Below are positions 36,673-45,390 of a stretch of DNA of 64,000 bases, piece by piece. The translations under genes were made by a program, and so were the position numbers. The stretch comes from Deltaproteobacteria bacterium. Lineage in GTDB: Bacteria > Chloroflexota > Dehalococcoidia > Dehalococcoidales > BS750m-G39. Where the stretch lies: positions 98 to 64,097 of the forward strand of contig JAUVYB010000008.1 in the NCBI GenBank assembly GCA_030603275.1, read 5' to 3'. Position 1 is the first letter of the stretch, and every line of letters begins with the position of its first letter. The notes beneath the pieces are model-generated. The model did not search any database, was not told the origin of the DNA, and worked only from the letters and a program-made list of their open reading frames with translations.

Positions 36673-39636
36673 CTACAGCTTCGCCACCTTGATTACCAGC
36701 ACTATCATGGTAATCAGCATGGCCATCATCACCAGCATAAAGACCAGGAACATTATGCCCCCCATCGGCATAATCAACTCCGTCCAGTCAAAAGCGCTGG
36801 TCTGTGGCGGTGGAGGCGGCTCCAGTGGCGGTTCCGCCTCTAAAGGCGCTGGACCGGTAGAGAAGGCGCCGACGGCGCTCCAGGCGCTGTGAGTATCGCC
36901 GTTTACCGCCCTCACCTTCCAGTAGTAGGTGGTATCGTAGTCCAGGCTTACGTTGCACTGCCAGGCGGTGCTGGCCAGGGTGTAGCTATCGGTCTTGAGG
37001 ATGGTGGGGTTGTCAAACTCGGCCCGGGTGGAAACCACCAGCTCGTAGCTATCGGCGCCGGCGATGGCGCTCCACTGGAAGATGGGCTTTACCGAAACGG
37101 CGCTGGCGCCGGCCTCGGGGCTTTCCAGCAGCGGGGCCAGGACCTCACTGCCGATGCTGGTGGTAAAAGACCACTTATCCGACCAGGGGCTTAACACCGG
37201 CTCGGTGACCCTCACCCGCCAGTAGCAGGTGGTGCCCGGTTCCAGGGCGGGCAGCTGGGCGGTGCTGGCCTTGGTATCGCCCTCAAAGCCTAAGGGGACG
37301 GCGGAAAAATCGGTGTCGTAGTCAAGCTGCCATCGGTACTGGTCGGCGCCCTCCAGCGTCTCCCAGTCGAGGCTTACATTTCGGGCGGTGTCGTTAACCA
37401 GGGTGCCCACGCCCGGCGCTTTATCTCCCGGTGAGGTGAGGCTGACCGGCTGGGTCAGGCTGTCGTAGTAGCTCACCAGCCTCGTATTAGCGCTGTCAAC
37501 CGACCACAGCCGGTGCCCGGCCAGCCACAGCCCGGCCAGCTTAGCCCCCTCGTCCAGCCCCTTGGTCACGGTCTCAAAGGTCGGCCCCAGGGAGTAGGTC
37601 GGGTTAAGGCAGCGCTCCATGCCCCCGTCCGCCTTAAAATTACTGGCGTACAGGGTGCCCTCGCCGGAGACTATTAGCTGACCGAGCATACCCTCGGCGG
37701 GGCTGTCGATAGCCTCCCAGCGTTCGCTCTTGCCGATGATAAAGCGGTAGATACTCTCCCCCTCGGTGTCGCCGGCGGCATAGACGGTGCTATTATCGCT
37801 GTAACCGGGGTCAAGGGCGACTGTTACCGTGCCGTTCAGCGGGCTTGAGGCGGCCTCTGGCGGCAGCGACTCGAACGAGGCACCGTTATCCCTGGACCAG
37901 TACACCCGGCCGTCCTTATTGCCGATTAAGACGGTCTCGTCCTGTTCGTAGCTTGGGGATAAGACTATGGAGTTCAGCGGTTGGCTGCCGGCAACTTCCC
38001 CGTCGGAGTAGCTCAGGCCGCTGTTGGTGGTTAGGTAGACCCGCCCGTTAGTGCCGTCGTAGCTGCCGATAAACAGGCTGTCGTCACCAGCCACCGCCCA
38101 GCAATCAATGGGGAAGCGGGCAATCTTACGCTTAAAGCTCTGCCCGTTATCGGTTGACTTCCATACCGCCGCTTTGCCGTTGCTAGAGCCGGTCAAGAAG
38201 ACCACCTGGCTGTCTTCGTCGTACTGCGGGGAAAGCGCCACCCGGTCAATCTCGTCCACATCGGCCAGGGCGCTGGTGTAGGTCCTCTCCCAATCGGCTC
38301 CCCCGTTAAGGCTGCGCCAGAGGCTGTGGGCGCCGGCGGTATAGTAGGTGAGCATAAAGAGGCTGTTATCCCGGTTGTAGTGAGGCGACGGCGCCAGGTC
38401 AACTATATCTTCGATGACGGTATCGATAAAGCTTAGCTGGTTCCAGATGAGGCCGCCGTCCCGGCTTATGGAGAAGGCGCTCTCGGTGCCGCTGGTGGCG
38501 GCGTAAACCAGCCCGTTAGCCATAAGCAGGTAGGTCTGGCCATCTCCGGTGGGCGGTTTGGCGCTCTTCTCCCAGTTCTGGCCGCCGTCCTGGCTGAGGT
38601 AGATATCGGTACTGCCGGCGGCGCCGGCGATAAGATAAGCACTGTCAGCCTTGCCGCTGACCGCCAGGCCGATGACGTCAACATTGTCAACGTATTCAGC
38701 TTGGCCTATGTCGAGGTCAATAGCCAGCGACTTTGCCGGTGCCGCTTTCCCCATAATCCGGTAAACATCGCCGTTCTCACTGCCGGCGTCAATGCCGATA
38801 AACAGGACGCAGGCACTATTGGGCACATCGCAGTTGTAGTCATCAGGGAAAACGATGATGGCCGAGGTATCCACGGCTACCGAAACAGCAGTCATCGAGT
38901 TATCCTGGTTCAGCCGGGCGTCGCCGATAGCGGCGCCCCACGCCTGGTCAGCGATTTTGCCGGTAACAAAGGTATCAACCTCGTCGGTAACCACCGCCAC
39001 CAGCTGGCCGTCGTCGGTGTGGTTAGGCGAAAAGGCGATGTCATAAACATCGTAGTTGCCCACCCCGGCGTCGGTCCAGGCGAAGGGGCTGTCGGGTTTA
39101 AGCAGGTAGACGCCGCCAAACTCACCCCCGTCTTTATCTCTGGTGCCCACGGCGATGATGTTGCTGTCCGGTTCGGCAAAATCCCTGGCTATATCCAGAG
39201 AGGTAATTTCAATGTTGTTATCCCCCGCCCCGCCCGGGCCCTTCGGCAGGGGCAGGAAGCTCTCGGCGCCGTCGTCGGACTCGTAGACCCGGGAGGCGGT
39301 GGCGTAGTAGACCAGGCTGGCGTCATCGGGGGCGGTAGCTATAGCGACGATATCGTCGGCCACTTCGCCCCTGGCCTGCCAGCTATAGCCGTCGTCCACC
39401 GAGCTATAAAGGGTGTAGTCCAGCCCTTGGCCGCAGGCGTACAGGGTGCCGTCGTTGGCCATGGTAAGGTGCTGTATATCGGAACCCCAGGCCAGCCCCC
39501 AGTCCCCCTTTTCGCCATCGGCGGGGACATTAACCCGCGACCATTTTAACAAATCGGGGGCGGCCGCAGCCGGGGTGGTGAAGCTGCTCAATATTAACAG
39601 GAGAAGCCCTAGAGTTATCGCCGTTGCTTTCGCCAT
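36673..39636 (-). CDS. giant surface protein: signal peptide, Asp-box (BNR) beta-propeller region, two FN3-like modules, Pro-rich linker, C-terminal TM anchor
   Basis: Asp-box-like motifs include SVDDGYSW, SQDGGQNW, SRDGGLIW, SLNGGADW, STDNGQSF and SRDNGASF. Two roughly 85-aa modules end in YWRVR/YWKVR..W. The C-terminal hydrophobic helix is LIMPMGGIMFLVFMLVMMAMLITMIVLVI. The ATG at 39636 gives a signal peptide. Confidence 0.8.
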   Translation of the reverse strand: MAKATAITLGLLLLILSSFTTPAAAAPDLLKWSRVNVPADGEKGDWGLAWGSDIQHLTMANDGTLYACGQGLDYTLYSSVDDGYSWQARGEVADDIVAIATAPDDASLVYYATASRVYESDDGAESFLPLPKGPGGAGDNNIEITSLDIARDFAEPDSNIIAVGTRDKDGGEFGGVYLLKPDSPFAWTDAGVGNYDVYDIAFSPNHTDDGQLVAVVTDEVDTFVTGKIADQAWGAAIGDARLNQDNSMTAVSVAVDTSAIIVFPDDYNCDVPNSACVLFIGIDAGSENGDVYRIMGKAAPAKSLAIDLDIGQAEYVDNVDVIGLAVSGKADSAYLIAGAAGSTDIYLSQDGGQNWEKSAKPPTGDGQTYLLMANGLVYAATSGTESAFSISRDGGLIWNQLSFIDTVIEDIVDLAPSPHYNRDNSLFMLTYYTAGAHSLWRSLNGGADWERTYTSALADVDEIDRVALSPQYDEDSQVVFLTGSSNGKAAVWKSTDNGQSFKRKIARFPIDCWAVAGDDSLFIGSYDGTNGRVYLTTNSGLSYSDGEVAGSQPLNSIVLSPSYEQDETVLIGNKDGRVYWSRDNGASFESLPPEAASSPLNGTVTVALDPGYSDNSTVYAAGDTEGESIYRFIIGKSERWEAIDSPAEGMLGQLIVSGEGTLYASNFKADGGMERCLNPTYSLGPTFETVTKGLDEGAKLAGLWLAGHRLWSVDSANTRLVSYYDSLTQPVSLTSPGDKAPGVGTLVNDTARNVSLDWETLEGADQYRWQLDYDTDFSAVPLGFEGDTKASTAQLPALEPGTTCYWRVRVTEPVLSPWSDKWSFTTSIGSEVLAPLLESPEAGASAVSVKPIFQWSAIAGADSYELVVSTRAEFDNPTILKTDSYTLASTAWQCNVSLDYDTTYYWKVRAVNGDTHSAWSAVGAFSTGPAPLEAEPPLEPPPPPQTSAFDWTELIMPMGGIMFLVFMLVMMAMLITMIVLVIKVAKL

Positions 39637-39643
39637 ATGGCAA

Positions 39644-39672
39644 ATTCTAGTCACCTGTTGGACGCAAGTCAT
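39644..39672 (-). promoter_or_regulatory. promoter (ATGACT-17-TAGAAT), -10 is 7 nt from the ATG at 39636
   Basis: The reverse complement reads ATGACTtgcgtccaacaggtgacTAGAATttgccatATG. Confidence 0.4.
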
Positions 39673-39686
39673 AGAACATTGTTCTA
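39672..39686. promoter_or_regulatory. perfect 7-1-7 palindrome TAGAACA-T-TGTTCTA abutting the -35 region
   Basis: Read directly from the sequence. It lies 36-50 nt upstream of the surface-protein start codon. Confidence 0.4.
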
Positions 39687-39713
39687 CCCCACCCCGTTAT
39701 GCAGGGGAAAAGG

Positions 39714-39742
39714 GGAAGCCCCCCGCACTGCGGGGGGCTTCC
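39714..39742 (-). terminator. intrinsic terminator hairpin after the 39793-43101 gene
   Basis: 13-bp perfect GC-rich stem ggaagccccccgc/gcggggggcttcc with a 3-nt loop, followed on the minus strand by CCTTTTCC. Confidence 0.6.
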
Positions 39743-39792
39743 GGTATTGGCTTAAGGTGTTACCCTTTTAGCTACCTAACAGGTTAGTACCG

Positions 39793-42700
39793 TCAGGGTA
39801 CTCTCCTGGTGGTGACTATCAGGACTATCACCGCAATTACCAATATGGCGCCGATGATAACTATCGCCCAGATCCAGGCAGGAGTTATCACGTCAGGTTG
39901 CTCCACTACTATCGGTGGTGGTGCATCAGTAACCACGGGTGGCGTACCCATGGTAGTGAATGTACCAACATCACTCCATGGAGTATCGGTATCAACACCA
40001 ATAGCCTTCACATGCCAGTAGTAGCGAGTTTCGTAATCAAGGGTGGTATCGCACTTCCAGGCAGTGCTGACCAGAGAGTCGGTACCGACCAGTGCCACCA
40101 GAGGCGCAGCGAAGTAACCGCCGGCAGTGGTCGTTGGGTCAATGGCGAGCTCGTACTCGTAAACCTCTGCCCACTCAATGCCAGACCACTCAAAGGTCGG
40201 GCTTAGAGGAACATCAGGCTCGCCGGGCCATGGCGCCTGCAGGTCAGGTCGTGCCATAGAGGCACCGATAGCCGTCTTGAACTTCCAGGTCTCAGACCAG
40301 GGAGAAATCAGCGGTGCGCCGATAAGGCTACCCTGATTAGCAACCCTCACCCTCCAGTAGTAGGTCATGTTGGGATTGAGTGTCAGAGGCGGTGTTGCCA
40401 GTGATCTGGTGTAGCTATTAGGTGGAGTCACCACGGTCTTGAAGGCGGCGTCAATGGCTACCTGGTACTGGTAGCTGGTAGCGCCGGCCATCTCCTGCCA
40501 GGCTAGGTTGACTTCGGGATACACATAGCCCTCAGGCAGCAGCCCGACTCCGGTTTCATCCGCAGCCGGCATTGCCAGCGGCACACCGACGTTCAAAATG
40601 TCGGTGAACATTACTACCTGATCCCAGTAGTTGGCAGGGAGAGCAGCGCCGTTGAAGCAGAAGAATGTCGGTGCCAGTGCCGGTGGCGCTAGGTCCAGGC
40701 TCAGCAGCCCGAGTGCGTCGCCGGTATCAAGTCCCTTGTTCTCCCTCTCAAAGTAGGGTGGAACAACGCTGTCGGTATCGGCGGTGGCATTGGTGCTGCG
40801 CCACAGGCCGCCCTCGTCAGTGCCCACAGTCGTGGCGTCGATTGCGTAGAGGACGCCGCTGGGCGGCAGGGCTATCGCCGGTCCGCCGGCTGTAAAGTTG
40901 CTCTCGTCGTAAACCACGGCACCCGTGGAATCCTGGTTGTTATCTATCCGCTCCCACTCGGCATCGCCGGGGTTGTCAAGGTCAACCACGCAGCGCATTA
41001 CACCCTGATCGATACCAACGGGGGTGGTGGCGTAGAGGATGCCGTTGCCGGCAAAGCCGAGGTCAGAGGTGGCTATTGTCGGCAGGCCGGTGAAGGGGTT
41101 GTCAGTCCCCACATTCTCCACCGTCTCGCCGCCGTCGCTGGAGATGAACACTCCACCCACAGCGCCGATAAGGACGACATCTCCCATAATGCCTATATTG
41201 ATTATCCCAGCCGCAGCCGGAATCTCACTGTCGTCGGGTTTGTTCCAGCCCGTGCCGGACCTGGTCGTCCACCATATCTCGCCTGCGCTACCGGTGTAGA
41301 GCGTCGTCGCCGATACGGGGGCAACCGTTGTCAGAGGTGTCTTGGCGGATATCTTCTTCGGGAAGGTGGTGCCCATGTCGGTTGACCGCCAGATCAATTC
41401 GGCACCCAGGTCGGTAGCGAACATGGCGCTGCCGTCCCCCAGGATGTCAAGCCGGTTTAGCCCGTCGGTCACGCCGGGGGTGGCGTAGGAGAGTATCCTC
41501 TCCCAGTTCTTGCCGTCAATTCTGCCCCACAGCGCGCCGTCGTTGGCGTCAACCTGGGTAATCGCCCACAGCGTGCCGTTGGCGTTGTAGCCGTTGGCGC
41601 TGAAGCCCGTCGGAGCTGTGATGGCGTAGCAAGGCTCGTCTAAGGTGTCATCAAAGCCGTAGTCTATTATGCTTATCTGGTTCCAGCTCGCGTTGCCGTT
41701 GGTGGTGCGCTGGAAGGCGTCGGTCATGTAGCCCCAGGTTGATGCGTAGGCCAGACCGCTGTCACAGTAGCCGGGCGCCATCAGCACCCCGGTGTTGACA
41801 CGCTGGTATTGTAGGTTAGGCGCATTCTCGGCTCCGCCGGTGGGGCACTTGAAGGAGAACATCCAGCTATCGCCGCTGTCCTCACTGTGGTAGGTGGACC
41901 AGCACGCCGGCGTATCGGTCAGGTCTATGAGGTCGGTGCCCACCAGTATGGTGGCTGCCTCGGCATCGCCGCACACGTCAATGCTGGTAACCGGCGTTGA
42001 CGTCGGCAGCAGGGTGGTGATTACCCCCCTCACGTCAAGGTCTATCGTCGAGGAGGGTCCCGCCTCCTTGAGCACTACCTTGTAGGCGTCGCTGCCGCCA
42101 TTTTCATTAAAGTTAACGCCCAGGTTTCCGAGGAAACCGTTTTCAACTATGCCCGCGAAGCAGACGTTGTTGCCGATGCCGAATGCGTCAAAGTCGTCGG
42201 GGAAGGCAATCTTGGCCCAGTCCGAATCGAAAGGAGTGCCCCAGGCATTGGTGAAGGGTCCGTTGGAGATGTCGTCTCCCCATTCACCGCCGTCAGCGAC
42301 GTTGGCGAAGGAGAACGTCATCGTGGTTGTCCAAGGGCTATCGTAGTCGGTGACTATGGCGCAGATGCCTATGTCGCCGTCAGCTGCGAAGGTGGGCAGG
42401 AAGGCGCAGGCCAGCACATTGTCGGTGGCGTCAAGGGGTGGGTCAGCGGCAATAAGCTGTGGCGTCCAGGCCAGCAGCCCCGATGTCACGTATACTTCGG
42501 GCTCGGTGGTGGCCACTATTAATGACAGGTCGCCGTCCTCGGCGATGGCTATATCCAGATCGTTAATAGTGCCGCCCCAGGGGTCATTAAGCGCAGTAAA
42601 GTTCTTGCCGCCGTCCTCCGAAATGTAGACGAAGTCCTCGGTGGCTACGGCCAGGGTGGTGTCGTCGTCGTACTCCGGCGAGGTCACGATGTCCACTATG

Positions 42701-43101
42701 GGGTCGCCAGTCACAGCATCATCGTAGAAGCCGGTGACTATCCAGGAGTAGCCGCCGTCGGTGGACTTCAGCAGGTGGAACCAGCTGGAGCCGAGGTAGA
42801 AGCCGTCAGCCACCGCCGCGAACAGGATGCCGCCGTCGGGCGTCTGGGCTATCGGCCCTAGGTCAGCCGCCGGTGTCGCCCAGAAATCGCCCTCGGAGTC
42901 AGCAAACTCGCCGGCGAGAATGGTGGTGCCGTAGCTCGTATAAGTGGCGCCGTAGTCCTCAACCTTGGGCAGTTCCAGCTTGGTAAACTTCAGGTTGCTG
43001 GAAGCCGCTCCGGCCGGGACTCCTGCCAGGCCAACTGTTAGGCTGGCCAGCAGCACCACTGTCAGGGCCACTCCCACTATTTTATAAAGTTTTGTTTTCA
43101 T
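39793..43101 (-). CDS. giant surface protein, paralog of 36673-39636
   Basis: Asp-box-like motifs include STDGGYSW, SEDGGKNF, SEDSGDSW, TTNGNASW, STDMGTTF and SSDGGETV. Two YYWRVR/YYWHVK modules and a C-terminal TM (WIWAIVIIGAILVIAVIVLIV) with a TTRRVP tail. The ATG at 43101 (MKTKLYKIVG...) is preferred over the TTG at 43158. Confidence 0.8.
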   Translation of the reverse strand: MKTKLYKIVGVALTVVLLASLTVGLAGVPAGAASSNLKFTKLELPKVEDYGATYTSYGTTILAGEFADSEGDFWATPAADLGPIAQTPDGGILFAAVADGFYLGSSWFHLLKSTDGGYSWIVTGFYDDAVTGDPIVDIVTSPEYDDDTTLAVATEDFVYISEDGGKNFTALNDPWGGTINDLDIAIAEDGDLSLIVATTEPEVYVTSGLLAWTPQLIAADPPLDATDNVLACAFLPTFAADGDIGICAIVTDYDSPWTTTMTFSFANVADGGEWGDDISNGPFTNAWGTPFDSDWAKIAFPDDFDAFGIGNNVCFAGIVENGFLGNLGVNFNENGGSDAYKVVLKEAGPSSTIDLDVRGVITTLLPTSTPVTSIDVCGDAEAATILVGTDLIDLTDTPACWSTYHSEDSGDSWMFSFKCPTGGAENAPNLQYQRVNTGVLMAPGYCDSGLAYASTWGYMTDAFQRTTNGNASWNQISIIDYGFDDTLDEPCYAITAPTGFSANGYNANGTLWAITQVDANDGALWGRIDGKNWERILSYATPGVTDGLNRLDILGDGSAMFATDLGAELIWRSTDMGTTFPKKISAKTPLTTVAPVSATTLYTGSAGEIWWTTRSGTGWNKPDDSEIPAAAGIINIGIMGDVVLIGAVGGVFISSDGGETVENVGTDNPFTGLPTIATSDLGFAGNGILYATTPVGIDQGVMRCVVDLDNPGDAEWERIDNNQDSTGAVVYDESNFTAGGPAIALPPSGVLYAIDATTVGTDEGGLWRSTNATADTDSVVPPYFERENKGLDTGDALGLLSLDLAPPALAPTFFCFNGAALPANYWDQVVMFTDILNVGVPLAMPAADETGVGLLPEGYVYPEVNLAWQEMAGATSYQYQVAIDAAFKTVVTPPNSYTRSLATPPLTLNPNMTYYWRVRVANQGSLIGAPLISPWSETWKFKTAIGASMARPDLQAPWPGEPDVPLSPTFEWSGIEWAEVYEYELAIDPTTTAGGYFAAPLVALVGTDSLVSTAWKCDTTLDYETRYYWHVKAIGVDTDTPWSDVGTFTTMGTPPVVTDAPPPIVVEQPDVITPAWIWAIVIIGAILVIAVIVLIVTTRRVP

Positions 43102-43308
43102 CGACCTTAAATTATCCTCCTTATGTTGTTCCCCACATGAAGGGCAATTACCCCTCAATATGGAGACAAGGTTATAGTTTTTCTCGAAGTTAGACTCCTT
43201 TCCCTCGGGCTTAACTGCCCTTGGGCTCTCACCATCGCATCACCTCCTTTTAAAGTTATATCAATATATCAAAACTTTTCAGTTGTCAACCTGCTCATTG
43301 ATGTCTGA

Positions 43309-43959
43309 CTAGCTAGGAGGTGCATACAGCGGGCAGGTGTCCATCAGCTCGTCCTCATCCTCGTCGAAGCTCTCGTCGCCGTCGTCAACCCAGGCTCTCA
43401 CCGAGATGGCGCCAGAAAAGCTAGGTACGGTTGTTGGTTCATAGAAGGCGCCGCAACTGTTGGTCGTAACTTCTTCCCAAAGCGTATTATCGTCGCAGTA
43501 GGTTATGAAGACGAGCTCATTCTCCGGGAAGCCGGAGCCCAGGATTACCACAGGCTTTCCCGAGTAGCCATACCATGTAACTATAAACTTATCTTCAAAA
43601 GAACCATAGAAGTCGTCCACGTAGGGGTGGCCATACGAAGGGTCATCGTCGTAGCCATAATACACGTCGTAGCCGTACATCAACGTGTTTGTCTCCCCAA
43701 TCACTATCTCGGCTGCCGGGCCAATTTCACCTTGTGATCCGGCTGGTCCCGCTGGTCCCGCTGGTCCCGCTGGCCCTGGTAATCCCCTGGCTCCATCTGT
43801 GCCTGGCGGTCCCATAGGTCCGCGCTCACCCTTCTCGCCCTGGGCGCCGGTTGCTCCGGCTGGCCCGGATGAGCCCTGCGGTCCGGGGCAAGCGGTCAGT
43901 GGCACCACAATTAAAGCTATAATTATCAAAAAGGCAATTATCTTGCCTGCTTTCTTCAT
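43309..43959 (-). CDS. collagen-like lipoprotein 1
   Basis: Signal peptide with lipobox-like LTAC, 19 uninterrupted G-X-Y triplets (GPQGSS...GEIGPA), then a Tyr/Asp-rich globular C-terminus of about 130 aa. Confidence 0.8.
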   Translation of the reverse strand: MKKAGKIIAFLIIIALIVVPLTACPGPQGSSGPAGATGAQGEKGERGPMGPPGTDGARGLPGPAGPAGPAGPAGSQGEIGPAAEIVIGETNTLMYGYDVYYGYDDDPSYGHPYVDDFYGSFEDKFIVTWYGYSGKPVVILGSGFPENELVFITYCDDNTLWEEVTTNSCGAFYEPTTVPSFSGAISVRAWVDDGDESFDEDEDELMDTCPLYAPPS

Positions 43960-44097
43960 TTCGCCTCCTTAAGATTCAGGATATCCTCAGAAATTCTCCC
44001 GTTTAGTCTTTTCCTTATATAGTCACCCCCTTTACCTTTAGAAATTACAATTTTACCCACACTACACCCATAGCGTGGCTGTAAACGCTCGCTAACT

Positions 44098-44125
44098 ACT
44101 ATATCACAAGTTCGCCGTTTGTCAA
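44098..44125 (-). promoter_or_regulatory. sigma-70-type promoter of collagen-like gene 1 (TTGACA-16-TATAGT)
   Basis: The reverse complement reads TTGACAaacggcgaacttgtgaTATAGT. It implies a 5' leader of about 130 nt. Confidence 0.55.
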
Positions 44126-44203
44126 GCCCCAAATCATATCTCGCCCCGCCCCTCCTCCGGGGCTGGCAAGTTAACCGTTTTTCCTCTCGCCGGCTGGTAG
44201 AAA

Positions 44204-45265
44204 CTAATCAATTCCTATTGCTATCCAGCTGACCTCGGTAGCAGTGGTGCACGCGACGATAGCAGGAGGACCCGTGAGGTCTATCTCCCACACATAGATG
44301 TCAATCAGGCCGCCGCTTGTGCCGTCATACCAGGTGGCGAGGGCCCAGTCGGCGCTTGCCGAGTTAGCCCTTATTGTCAGCACGCACTCTGTGACTGATG
44401 AAAGCCCGGTATCAATGTCGGTAACGGAGCCGGTGAAGGTAGTGCCGCCCCAGGCTACCGTGCGGCCGGCGCTCTCACCCATGAGTGCGTTGGTGACGTC
44501 GGGACTAATCTTGGAGCCGTCTATAGCCGCCGTCCCGCTGATATCCTCATTAACTATTGCGGAATTCCCTATCTCCAGTGAGCCCACGGCATTGAAATCT
44601 ATGTCCTCTCTCTGGATTGTTCTGTCGTCTATATCCTCGGACAAGATCGACTCGTTGATTATCTCAGCGGAGCCAACCGAATTATCAGCCATCTCAGCAT
44701 TGCCTATGGCGTTGTCGGCCATCTTGCCCCAGGTCACCGCATTGTTGTCTATCTTTTCCTCGGTCACCGCCTCAGTGGCCAGGTCAGCGGTGTCAACCTC
44801 GCCGTCAAGTATTTTGGCCGTGGTCACCGCATCGTCGGCAAGCTGCGCTGTGCCAACGCTCCCGTCAAAAATATCGGCGCCGTCAATCTTCTCCAGGTCA
44901 CCGGCGTGGCGCCAGTCGCTCAGGTGGATTAAACCGGATAGAAGAATCTTGGCCGGGTCGATGTCAGCCGTATCGCTGATATCGGCATCAACTATTGTGC
45001 CGTCGGCTATCTTACCCGAGGTCACCGCGCCGCCGGCTATCTTGGCCGCGGTTATGGCGCCGGTTCCGATTTGCGGCTGACCGGCTGGTCCCGCTGGCCC
45101 CTGTGTGCCTGGCGGTCCGGATGGTCCCCGTGGCCCTGTTGCCCCCGGGGCTCCGGCTGGTCCGGCTGGTCCGGTTGCTCCCTGCCCTGTAGGGCAAGCT
45201 GTTAAGGGCACCACAAATAAAGCGATAATTATTAAGAAACCAACTATCTTAACTGCTTTCTTCAT
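44204..45265 (-). CDS. collagen-like lipoprotein 2
   Basis: The leader is nearly the same as in gene 1 (MKKAVKIVGFLIIIALFVVPLTAC). It has 12 G-X-Y triplets, about 18 tandem 9-10-aa repeats of the type AVTxxKIxDG, and a distinct C-terminal domain. Confidence 0.8.
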   Translation of the reverse strand: MKKAVKIVGFLIIIALFVVPLTACPTGQGATGPAGPAGAPGATGPRGPSGPPGTQGPAGPAGQPQIGTGAITAAKIAGGAVTSGKIADGTIVDADISDTADIDPAKILLSGLIHLSDWRHAGDLEKIDGADIFDGSVGTAQLADDAVTTAKILDGEVDTADLATEAVTEEKIDNNAVTWGKMADNAIGNAEMADNSVGSAEIINESILSEDIDDRTIQREDIDFNAVGSLEIGNSAIVNEDISGTAAIDGSKISPDVTNALMGESAGRTVAWGGTTFTGSVTDIDTGLSSVTECVLTIRANSASADWALATWYDGTSGGLIDIYVWEIDLTGPPAIVACTTATEVSWIAIGID

Positions 45266-45343
45266 TTCGCCTCCTTTAGATTTAAGCGTTTTTCGCCATA
45301 AATTAACTGGTTGATTATACCATAACTGTCAACACTTACAACT

Positions 45344-45371
45344 TTTATAACAGAAGTTAGCCATTTGTCAA
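45344..45371 (-). promoter_or_regulatory. sigma-70-type promoter of collagen-like gene 2 (TTGACA-16-TATAAA)
   Basis: The reverse complement reads TTGACAaatggctaacttctgtTATAAA. A second candidate, TTGTAA-16-TATAAT, lies at 45314-45341. Confidence 0.5.
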
Positions 45372-45390
45372 GTCCTTTTACTTTTATTTA

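Noticed and set aside
38701-39549. Long plus-strand ORFs antisense to real genes. Examples are 38701-39549, 44298-45080, 5688-6575, 46212-47042, 49045-49749, 50413-51168, 51190-51963, 59600-60361 and 23365-24048.
   Set aside because: Each lies fully inside a minus- or plus-strand gene with clear family motifs. Their translations are low-complexity Gly/Ala/Pro/Arg-rich, as expected for shadow frames in GC-rich DNA. None has a credible RBS or promoter.
39672-39686. A LexA (Cheo-type) SOS box.
   Set aside because: The palindrome contains GAAC-N3-GTTC, whereas the Gram-positive-type SOS box needs GAAC-N4-GTTC. The downstream gene is not DNA-repair related.
36673-45265. A diversity-generating retroelement targeting the surface or collagen-like proteins.
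   Set aside because: There is no reverse transcriptase gene, and I could find no template/variable repeat pair with adenine-specific differences.
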